From: Eledone cirrhosa
Taxonomy: Eukaryota
Direction of reading: 5' to 3'
Length of the DNA: 64,000 nt
Assembly (NCBI GenBank): GCA_964016885.1
Contig: OZ024743.1
Span: 236,034,001-236,098,000, forward strand
Positions 53,881 to 64,000 of this stretch are shown in pieces (position 1 is the first letter of the stretch; every line of letters begins with the position of its first letter). The notes below the pieces were generated by a model, which was given only the letters and a program-made list of their open reading frames with translations, did no database searches and had not been told where the DNA came from. A program made the translations under genes and the position numbers.

Positions 53881-54002
53881 ATAGGAAAAAGTATGACCCG
53901 ATGGCAGAGCTCAAGCCGTATCGACGGCTATTTCAGGACGCAGTCCAGAAATAGCTGTTGAAATGGCTTGAGCTCTGCCGTCGGGGTCATACTTTTTCCT
54001 AT
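53881..54002. mobile_element. ~120-bp palindromic MITE-like element
   Basis: ATAGGAAAAAGTATGACCC...GGAC-GCA-GTCC...GGGTCATACTTTTTCCTAT. Confidence 0.7.
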
Positions 54003-54023
54003 ATATATATATATGTATATATA

Positions 54024-54871
54024 TACGATATTTGTTCGCAATTTTCAACTGCTAATTTTATGCAAATTGTTTTTACTTCCGTTGTCACTCTTGTCTTCAT
54101 AAAAACAGTCACTATATTTCCATTATTTATTTTCAGAATAATTGATTATGAATAATGTTGAACCTCCAAATTTGTGGAAGAGACGGAGTTCTTCTTGGAA
54201 TCCGTACCGGGAGGACAAATAAGACCAGAAGATCAACTCCCAGAATAACAGGTGGCTCGCTGTCTCATCCAAAGATGTGCCCAGAGTCATGCAGACAAAG
54301 TTTCCAGCGACAACATTGGTCTGAGGTGTTGTCAGCAGTCAAGGTGACGTCATGCCACCTCATTTCTTCCCTGAGGGCCACATCCGCGTTCTGAGTGAGG
54401 TAGTAAAGCCCTGGATCGACCAGGTAGCTGCAGGTAGGCCGTATATGTGGCAGCAAGACTCAGTGCCCTGCCATACCAACCTGGCTGTCAGAGAACTTCA
54501 TTGACCACACTTCACCTGACACCTGGCCTCCCAGCTCGCCTGACTGCAACCCCCTCGACTTCTTTGTGTGGGGCGCAGTGGAACGAGCCACCAACAGATC
54601 TAGCTGCAATACGAAAGACGATCTGAAGGCCAGGATCACAAGTGCCTTTAGGGGTCTAAGTCGGGGGACAGTGACGAAGGCCTGTAGCCGGTTCCGAGGC
54701 CGCCTTGAGGCCGTCATCAAAGCCAATGGCGGGTTTATCGAGTGAGATCGAAAGAACAAGTCATGAAGACAAACTGACCCAAGTTTGATAAATATATCTT
54801 AAAAAATAAAACTACTGTGTTATTTTTTCATAGACAGTAATCTTGCGAACAAATATCGTCCGCACCCTGTA
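54024..54871 (+). mobile_element. Internally deleted Tc1/mariner (maT/DD37D-like) transposon
   Basis: TIR remnants ACGATATTTGTTCGCAA / TTGCGAACAAATATCGTCCGCACCCTG-TA. Transposase pieces DQKINSQNNRWLA, TKFPAT..V.GVVSS.GDVMPPHFF, WQQDS.PCHT, WPPSSPDCNPLDFFVWG...LEAVIKANGGFIE*. Confidence 0.85.
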
Positions 54872-55174
54872 TATATATTTTAAAAGTTGGTATCTTAATG
54901 ATACTGACTTAAATCATTGAGTGGGAAAAGGATCGAATTTATATCGGTCCTATTTGATGGCTTCATTTCAGTATTATTATTTTATATATATTTATATAGT
55001 AAGGTATTATTGGTTGTATCAAATGGTCCAATAAATTTTTGTTAGCAATATTAAGTTCTCCATGCTTTTGTATATCTCCAATTCCATTTATGGGAACAGC
55101 TAGATGATGTAAAATGGAGTATTTGTATCAAAATAAGGATCCGGAGGCATGGTATAAATTTCCAATCATTTTAA

Positions 55175-55244
55175 TCACGAAACATGTTTCAATAAGAGAT
55201 AGATCGTGTAGCTATGATCGATTATCACTGATCTCGTCAGGTGA
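55175..55244 (-). ncRNA. Type I hammerhead-like motif, long stem II, slightly degenerate
   Basis: - strand: TCAC CTGACGA GAT...(GATC..GATC)...ATT GAAA CATGT TTC GTGA. Confidence 0.5.
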
Positions 55245-55646
55245 AAATGAATTGTCTTCAAATCCTTGATATGAGGGAGAAAATTAACAGTGTTCACTCA
55301 CAGAGTTTAGTCCCTCATATGAAGACCAAGCAGTCAAAACGTGGTGACTGCTATTGTCCTCAGTTAGGGTCATAAAACTATCAAGTCTCCCAATAGCTGT
55401 AAAAGACGCTGGACATCAATCAAATCTGTAGAATTACAGTTGGTCACAGTTAATGTGAGTGGGTACACATACACTCACACAGCACGAGGTCAAAGAAAAA
55501 ATATATATATACATATACCAACATAGCATCAAATCTGTAAAACTATAGATGGTCACAGTTAGTGGGAGAACACACACACACACACCGACACGAAAGAAAA
55601 AATATAAATATACCAACATAGAATTCATATATATATATATATACAC

Positions 55647-58600
55647 ATCATCATCATCATCATCATCGTTTAACGTCCGTGTTCCACGCTTGCATGGGTT
55701 TGGACGGGGGTTTTCCCACTTGAGGCAGGAGTGATTGTCTTGCTCACATAGGACTGTCTGGCAGGTTTTCTACAGTTGGATGCCCTTCCTAACACCAACC
55801 ACATTTACAGTGTGGGTCTGGGAGGTTTTTACCGTGTTGCCTACACGGCCACATTACAGCGTGGACTGTGTGTTTTTTTGTCGTGACACCTACACGATCT
55901 CATTTGTTTCGGCCTGGATGGTGTGGCACCAACATAACTTTAGATAGAAGGGGGCGGTGTGGATGGGGTGGTGGGACGGGGGTGTATTTTGTTAGAGATG
56001 CCTACTGACTGTAGTAGGTTTTACTTTGTATTTAGGTAAGGCGGGTCTTCTCTATTACTGAGTACCGCCAAATGTCTCGGTCCAGTGACATTGTCTTGGT
56101 GAGGTGTAACTGTGTGAGGTCGGAGTTTATCAGCTCGTCCCAGGTTTTTCTGGGTCTGCCTATTCCGTGGCTACCGTCTATCTTTATTGCCCTGCACTTT
56201 GTTATACAGCTATCGTCCTTCATGCGCATCACGTGACCATACCAACGTAGCCTTCTCTCTAGTAAACAACATCTGATCCCTCTTATTTCTAATTTTTTCC
56301 TTAGTTCGTTTATGCTTTGTCGTTCACGTATATTACTATTACACATCCAGCGGAGCATGCAAGCTTCGTTTCTCTCTAGTCTGCGTATATCCTCTGCACA
56401 CAATGCCCAGGTCTCACTGCCATGCAACATTGCTGTTCGTATGCAGGCATCGTACAACCTGCCTTTCATTTTTAGGGAGAACCCTTTAGCGGCTAATAGT
56501 GGTATAAGCTCTCTGAACTTTTTCCACCCAGTTCTGACTCTAGCTACTGTACTTTCAGAGCACCCTTCCCCACTGCTGATTTTGTCACCCAGGTAACGGA
56601 AGCTGTCCACTATTTCTATAGAACCCTCTGTGCAGTTGAAAGAGCTAGTATTTTGTGGGCACTTGCTGCTACTTATTGCCCCAGAACACCGGCCACATGT
56701 AAAATCTATGTTCTTAGTTAGCTTACCTGTGATCCCACTACATCTTTTATGAACCCAAACTTTGCATTTGGGACACAAAATGGAATTTCTACCTACGCCT
56801 TTCCTACACTCTGCACATGGTCACTTCCCGGAGGGGACCGCCGCCTTATTTTCTTTCTTACAAACTAGAACTTTAGTCTTAGCCAGGTTAATTTTAAGGC
56901 CTTTTGATTCTAGCCCGTGCTTCCAAGTTTGGAATTTCTTCTCTAGCTCGGCCATTGATTCAGCTATGAGCGTTAAATCATCTGCGTATAGGAGTTCCCA
57001 TGGGCAGCCGGTCTTGAACTCCACTGTTATAGCCTGGAGGGCAATAATAAATAGTAGGGGGCTAACAACAGAGCCCTGATGAACACCAACTTTTACACTA
57101 AACTCTTCACTATATTCGTTGTTAATTCTAACCTTGCTGACTGTTTCTTTATACATGGCTTGTATAGCTCTCACAAGCCATTCATCGACACCTAGTTTTC
57201 TAAGAGCCCACCAGATATTGGAACGGGGGACTCTGTCGAAGGCCTTCTCCAAGTCGACGAAAGCTAAGTATAGGGGTTTACTTTTAGCTAGGTACTTCTC
57301 CTGTAGTTGTCGTACAATGAAAAGAGCGTCTGTGGTACTTTTTCCTGACACAAACCCGAACTGCATTTCATCTAGATCAATTCGCTCTCTGATTAGTTGC
57401 GCTATTACTTTTTCCGTGACCTTCATGACCTGGTCGATTAATTTAATGCCTCTATAGTTACTCCTATCTAGGGCATCTCCTTTACCCTTATAACAGTTAA
57501 CGATAATGCTGCTACGCCAGTCCTTCGGAACAACCCCATTCTGTATGACTTGGTTGACTATCCGGGTGACCATGGTGTGTCCCACCGTACCAGATGCCTT
57601 CAGCATCTCGGCAACTATTTCCGAAGGCCCAGCCGCCTTGCCTGTCTTCATATATTTGATTGCCTTACTTATTTTACTACCCTCGACTAACACTGCTGGT
57701 CCCTCTATTGGGTCGATGTGGGGGAGACTGTCTTTCTCCCATTTATTCTCCTCATTGAGTAGCCTTTCATAGTGACACTTCCAAGCTACCTTCTTATCGG
57801 CGTCGGTGATGGCGAGTACGCCGTCATCGTTAAGTACACACTTCTCCCCGACAATATCACTGTTTTCCTTGACACATTGCCTGGCAATCCTGAACACCTC
57901 ACGTTTTTGGTCCTCACGTTGTAGAACATGCTTGAACTTTCTTTCCTCTGCTTCCCTTCTTGCGAAGTATACTTGTCTCCTAGCTTCCCTCCTGGCCACT
58001 TGATAGTCTTCTCTGCTTCCCCCATCCCGCCATACTTTCCAAGCCTGCTTTTTGGCCTTAATTGACCCCTCCACCTTACTGTTCCACCACCATGTTACTC
58101 TCCTCCTGCCTACAGGCCTGCTCCAGCCACAGACTTCGTCTGTCGCCGTCAGCAGGTTTGCTTTCAGGAATTCCCACTGTTCCTCTACCTTGTACGACTC
58201 TATTTGCTCTTCCTTACTGTCGAGAGCATCAAGTAATATGCTTTGGAATTTATTTTTGGCTGTGGGGTCCTTTAGCTTCCATATTTTTCTCCTGAGGGTA
58301 GTCCTCTTCTGTTGCCTAGTACGTCTCGTCCTGACTATTAGGTCGCTAATTATCAGTCTATGTTGGGAGGTGCATTCTTCATGGGGGAGGGATTTAGTGT
58401 TTACAACAGACACTCTGTCACGTCTTCTGGTAAGGATATAATCTACCTGGCTGGTATGTTCCCCTGATCTGTAGGTGATCAAGTGATTGTCTCGTTTTTT
58501 GAAGTTAGTGTTGCAGATAGTTAGGTTATTTGCGTCACAGAATTCCAGGATTCTGGAGCCTTCCTCATTTCTAGTACCAAACCCATAGCCTCCATGGATT

Positions 58601-59278
58601 TCGTCGTAGCCGTCACAATGTTGTCCAACGTGACCGTTTAGGTCGCCTGCAATAATTATATAGTCAGTCGGTTATTTGGGAGGTAGTGAGCATCAGTGTC
58701 TCATAGAATCTGTCTTTTATAGTGCTGGGCAGTCCGGATTGGGGTGCGTACGCGGATATTACTGTCACCGTGGTTCTATTGAGGACAAGTCTTATTTTAA
58801 TTATTCTGTCGTTCACTCTATTTACGTCTATTATCTTATCTGCCCACTTTTCTGCTACCATGATTCCTACCCCACCCAGCCCATTGTCATTTCCCACCCA
58901 GAAAAGCTTATAGCATCGTTTTCTACCCACGATGAATCTAGCAGACCCACCCCTCCACCTGGTCTCTTGAATACAACAAACATCGACCTCCTTACGTTCA
59001 AGCATTTCTACAACCTCGTTAGAGCGACCCTTTAAGGTGCCTACATTCAAAGTACCATATCTGAAGTTTTGGATTGCGTTTGGGGGGTGGGAAAGGTGGG
59101 GAGAGGGGGGAGATGGGGTTGTGTTAGCCATCCGCGGCCGAAACAAAGAGGCATGTTCGCATTCTCGTCCACGAGGTGTGTTTGTCTTTAACTTTGGTAT
59201 TGTCGCTGAGCGTCCAGATTTTTCTCTCTTCAACTCTCCGGAACTCCGTAGTCCTTCCATCCTACATATCGAAGGATA
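55647..59278 (-). mobile_element. Near-full-length RTE-clade LINE (family a), inserted in (TA)n
   Basis: Single ORF with APE and RT, 3' UTR ending (GAT)n, and short 5' region. Confidence 0.97.
56032..59131 (-). pseudogene. RTE ORF: APE endonuclease, reverse transcriptase and PHD-like finger; two lesions
   Basis: GTLNVGTLKG, CCIQETRWRGG, SAYAPQSG, AGDLNGHVG, QVDYIL, NYRGIKL, QFGF, FVDLEKAFDRV, GVHQGSVVSPLLF, LLYADDL. Frameshift at ~58665 and TGG>TGA at 56821-56823. Confidence 0.93.
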
Positions 59279-59501
59279 CATATATATATATGCATACGTG
59301 TATCATCATTGTTTAGCAACTATTTTCCACGCTAGCATGGGTTAGACAGATTTGTCCCATTATTAGAGGCAAGTTTGGTCAGGTGACCATGTCTTATATA
59401 GGACTGTTTCTGGCTGGTCTTTTACAGCTGGATGCCCTTCCTAACACCAACCACACAGTGAGCGCTAGGTGCTTTTTGTCGTGTCTCCTACACGATCACT
59501 T

Positions 59502-59543
59502 TACTGTGTAAGCTGTGTATATATGTATATAATTGGAGACAGA

Positions 59544-59585
<42 letters not shown>

Positions 59586-59627
59586 TTTGTCTCCAATTAT
59601 ATACATATATACACAGCTTACACAGTA
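59502..59627. repeat. Inverted repeat centred on (TA)n
   Basis: TACTGTGTAAGCTGTGTATATATGTATATAATTGGAGACAGAG-(TA)n-CTTTGTCTCCAATTATATACATATATACACAGCTTACACAGTA. Confidence 0.9.
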
Positions 59628-59970
59628 CAGTTTTTTCTATATTAACATGGTTTAGACAGGCTGTTACATTGTGTGGTCAGATAGGTCAGGTGACAATATC
59701 TTGCTCATATGTTCTGTTATTGGCTTGGTTCTCAACAGCTGGACACCCTAACACCAGCTGGACTGAAGCCCCAACATGGCACCAACACTACCACAGGGTG
59801 AACAGGATATATATATAATTATAGGTTAAAGCTTATCAAATAGAATGGACACAGCTTCGGTCATTTCCCCACTCTATAATTTAATTAAGTACAAATTATT
59901 AAAATTGAAACCCAATCAATTAGAGTGAACGCGTGTTAATTAGTGAGGAAGACAACTTCATGTGGGTATA

Positions 59971-60093
59971 CGAGGACCGATGCACCAGTTTCTACAATTC
60001 CAATCTGTTGGCAATGGTCCAAATGGAACCACCATGTGCAGAAATTAGGTAATTATGTTAGTATGCATTGGTGGGAATCACGTCATCAGCAGG
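59971..60093 (-). ncRNA. Degenerate hammerhead with very long stem II
   Basis: - strand: CTGATGA CGTGATTCC...GGAATTGTA GAAA CTGG TGCA TCGG TC. Stem I poorly paired. Confidence 0.45.
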
Positions 60094-61290
60094 AATTCAC
60101 CTTCCTGTGATAGAGAGTTCTGTACGGTGTACATCCCATTGCTGGACATAGTAGTTGTAATCCTCAACTTTCAGTGATGCATGACGTCACATCAAAGAGA
60201 AGATAAGCCAGACCTGACCTTTTACAGGGAACACACGGTGGCATTGATTCAAAAATAAGATATCACCATGCCAAAAGCACTCTACCAGGGTGCTTTCATA
60301 TAAAAAAAAAAAACAGGGTAGCAAACAGTAAATAAATCAAACTAGAATAAACAGAGTAAGAAAGTTCAACTTACAATTTAAATGTAGCTTAGTCCCCTGG
60401 GCGTTAAAATAATTATGGGATGAAGTTTATCAAATAGAATGGACATAGCTATATATAATAATGAAGAAGTCAGTGTGATTGAATCTTAGATCATTTTATT
60501 ACTGGGTTACTGTTATATATATTTTAGTGGTATCTATTATGTAATATATATGACCTCATCAGACAGGTATTGTGTCATCTTTTGTGTGATATGTCCTGAG
60601 TGGGTTTTGATGTTGCTCTTCCAATGCTTAGCTGACATATGTATCATCATCATCATCATTTAACATCTATTTTCCATGCTAGCATGGGTTAGACAGGTTT
60701 GTACCATATAATGTAAATAGATAAACCTTACATAATCTATGTGGCAGACCTGCCTTTAATCATAAGTTGAACTATTTTTAAATATTAGTTCAATCTGTAG
60801 TATGTTGCATCTCTGACTTTGTCACATAACTAACCAGGTTCAGAGCTCCGGCACTTATTCAGCTATTTGAATGTTACTGCCATAAGTGTGTTTCTAACAG
60901 CTGACTTCTACTGTCCTCTGCTTTAGAAGGTCATGTAATTCTGCCATCATTATTACTGTGATACATCTGCCAGTCTCTCAGATAAAAATCTCCTGTTTAT
61001 ATTAAGACTGACCTCCCACGGATATGTCAGCCGTAATATTTGGAAATATTGCATGACTTCTGTAACACTTGTTGATACAACTGTTGTACAGAGGAGGTGG
61101 CATAGAAACCGTTAGAGTTTCTCTCTATATATTGTACCCATACTAAACAGTTTACTAATTAACATATAGTGTCCACTCTGACTGCAAATTCATATTTACA
61201 ACATAGTATTTTTGTAATTTCATCACGTGAGTAGATAGCAGCACAGCTAGACAGATTGTAAATGAAAAGCTTCATTAAACTTTATATCAA

Positions 61291-61324
<34 letters not shown>

Positions 61325-61382
61325 ACATAGAGAGAGAGACAGATATGTATATATCACTTATAATATATATAGCGAGAGAAAG

Positions 61383-61685
61383 ATATCATTATCATCATCG
61401 TTTAACGTCCATCTTCCACGCTTGCATGGGTTTGGACGGGAATTTTCCCACTTGAGGCAAGATTGGTTGTCTTGCTCGTATAGGACTGTCTGGCGGGTTT
61501 TCTACGGCTGGATGCCCTTCCTAACACCAACCACATTTACAGTGTGGACTGGGAGGTTTTTACCGTGTTACCTACACGGCCACATTACAGCTTGGACTGT
61601 GTGTTTTTTTGTTGTGACACCTACTCAACCTCATTTATTTCGGACTGGATGTTGTGGTACCAACATAACTTTACATCAAAAGGTG
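61383..61685 (-). mobile_element. RTE (family a) 3' UTR fragment
   Basis: Near-identical to 25603-25900. Confidence 0.85.
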
Positions 61686-61834
61686 TGGTATAAATTTATG
61701 AAAGCAGAATAATTGGAAAGTGAATGTATATACATATATATATATATAATTGAAAACATTGTATGTATGTGTATATATATATAATTGAAAACATTGTATG
61801 TATGTGGGTGTATATATGTGTGTGTGTGTGTGTA

Positions 61835-61870
<36 letters not shown>

Positions 61871-62139
61871 ATTGAAAACATTGTAAGTATGTGTGTGTAT
61901 ATATATATATATATTTATATATATAATTGAAAACATTGTAAGTATGTATATAACGGAAGTTATTGTATATTAACAAATATGATTAACATAAATGTAAGAT
62001 ATTTGAGAATAAAAAGTAATTAAAATATCTAATTACTGTAATATTGTCTTTGAAATTAATTATTTATAACGAGTTATATATTAACAAAACTGTGAAAATA
62101 CATTGTAATATTTTTGATTTTTATTGAAATACATCAGCG

Positions 62140-62610
62140 ACACCATCACTACCACCCCCAGCATCATCACTACCACCACTACCATCACTATCACCATCAT
62201 CACTACCACCACTACCACCACTACTACCAACCCCACCATCATCACTACCGCCACTACCATCCCCACCATCACCACTACCATCTCTACCACCATCACTACC
62301 ATCCCCACCATCATCACTACCGCCACTACCATCCCCACCATCATCACTACCGCCACCACCATCATCACTACCACCACCACCATCATCACTACCACCACTC
62401 CCATCATCCCCACCATCATCACTACCGCCACTACCACCACTCCCATCATCACTACCGCCACTCCCATCCCCACCACCGCCACTACCATCCCCACTACCGC
62501 CACTCCCATCCCCACCACCGCCACTACCATCCCCACCATCATCACTACCACCACTACCATCCCCACCATCACTACCACCACTCCCATCCCCACCATCATC
62601 ACTACCGCCA
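62140..62610. repeat. CAC/CAT/TAC low-complexity array
   Basis: Direct inspection. Confidence 0.9.
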
Positions 62611-63019
62611 TTGGCGGTACAACATTTTTACCAGCTGAGTGGACTGGAGCAACATGAAATAAAGTGTCTTGCTCAAGGACACAACACCACTGAAGTAAGG
62701 ACCTTACACTCACGAGTTAACCACTAGACCTCATATTTTAATGAGGATCTTCGTCAGTAATTAAACAGGAAGATATAGAGATTTACAATAATTAAGGTGA
62801 TCTTTGTTGTTTTGCCAGTTTTCACTGTTTTATGTCAAAATCTGTAAACAGAATATCTTTGATTTTTGGTAACTTGAGATATTTCTAATATTCTTATAGC
62901 ACCACTGTCACTACTACTACCACCACCTCTGTCACTACCACCACCACCACTGTCACTACCATCCCTACCATATATATGTCCAATTACATACATGGATTGC
63001 ATGTATGCATGTGTATATA

Positions 63020-63415
63020 AACAAAACCTGACAAAGGGCGGAAGAACTCATAAGAGTCAACGGCCATCCAAAAGTGTGTAAATATGTATATAGACATGTA
63101 CCGCACGGTTAAACTACTGGGAGTGAAGGACCCCTAGTCTTTGTCAGGACATTCCTCTAGGAGAAGGTATCTCAGGAAGCTGGGATAACTCTGATATAAA
63201 ACCTGCAGCTCAGTAGTTACCGATGATGTTGATCTTTTCTTCTTTTCAGGTTATAGCTACTGTCTCTCAGAGAGTGGGATTGGCTCAGTGCACAGTCTTT
63301 CCTCACTTTAAAAAATATCTTCATGCACAAGCATTGCACGATTGCATTAATTAATAATTATTAATAATGGTATATCATGCAATGGCCATACTCGATAACG
63401 AGGGGGCAGCCATCA
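63020..63415 (+). mobile_element. Diverged copy of the unclassified ~440-bp element
   Basis: Collinear with the reverse complement of 12381-12825. Confidence 0.65.
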
Positions 63416-63529
63416 TACATACACAAATGTATGTTAAAATATATGTATATATATATATATGTGTGAATGAAGTAATTCCATCAGAAAAGTTCAGGAAAAA
63501 AGAGTGCTCTATGTAGGTAACAGAGCTTA

Positions 63530-63801
63530 ATAGTTATGTAATAAACAACATAAGGCAATTATTCCATTTACCAGTGGTTTCTTAAAAGCAAAAAATTTTG
63601 CTTTCAATCAGAATGAAAAAAATCCTGGTCTGTTTATTGAATTTGGATTTTAAAAAAGTTTTAAAAAAAGTTTTTTTTAAATCCAAATTCAATGAACAGA
63701 CCAGGATTTTTTCATTCTGATGATTGAAAGCAAAATTTTTTGCTTTTAAGAAACCACTGGTAAATGGAATAATTGCCTTATGTTGTTTATTACATAACTA
63801 T
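63530..63801. mobile_element. ~270-bp foldback palindrome (MITE-like)
   Basis: Arms of about 125 bp: ATAGTTATGTAATAAACAAC...GGATTTTAAAAAA / TTTTTTTAAATCC...GTTGTTTATTACATAACTAT. Confidence 0.8.
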
Positions 63802-64000
63802 ATATATATAGTAATAATAAATTTGAAGACTAAAATCCATAGTTTCAGAAGATCCCGTTAAGGGTGAAAGCGATTCTTTGCTTAAACTTTAATCTGTTAT
63901 TTTTAATAAATATATATATATAGTTAAATGAAATAATACAAAACACAGAAAGCAAAATTAGTTATATTGGGTTCATGTTTATGAATGTATCTATATATAT

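Noticed and set aside
59130-59278. HDV-like ribozyme expected at the RTE 5' end
   Set aside because: Only simple hairpins were found, and I could not build the nested double pseudoknot. The element may be slightly 5'-truncated.
63026-63080. Hammerhead-like CTGACAA...CCAAAA
   Set aside because: Both core motifs deviate, there is no stem I/III, and CTGACAAAG instead pairs with a downstream segment.
60480-63870. Additional partial hammerhead-like cores (~60555 -, ~62750 -, ~63845 +; also ~55320 +)
   Set aside because: GAAA or CUGANGA is missing or mutated and stems I/III are absent, so they are too eroded to call.

Overview
Animal (non-prokaryotic) AT-rich, repeat-saturated intergenic/intronic DNA. 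The SINE and LINE repertoire suggests an octopus or other coleoid cephalopod (inference). I found no convincing host protein-coding exon, and most long ORFs in the track are artefacts of (TA/CA)n, (CAC)n or minisatellite arrays. Retroelements: a near-full-length RTE LINE (55647-59278, -; one frameshift, one TGG>TGA; internal PHD-like finger), several truncated RTE copies, two head-to-tail Tx1 LINEs in (ATCT)n repeats, a Penelope GIY-YIG fragment, CRE-, CR1-, RTEX- and Vingi-like remnants, and many tRNA-derived SINEs. DNA elements: a complete but dead mariner, a maT-like Tc1/mariner remnant, MITE/foldback palindromes and a Helitron-like 3' end. Other structure: a ~5.3-kb tandem duplication next to a 200-N gap and many minisatellites, several born inside TE sequence. 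Most interesting: (i) an RTE whose start-codon region is complementary to its own 3' UTR, which also carries stacked pseudoknot-like modules with covariation; (ii) about eight type I hammerhead ribozyme motifs, one apparently intact (32878-32951); (iii) Tx1 elements apparently targeting (ATCT)n. All structures were read by eye, with no computation or database search.
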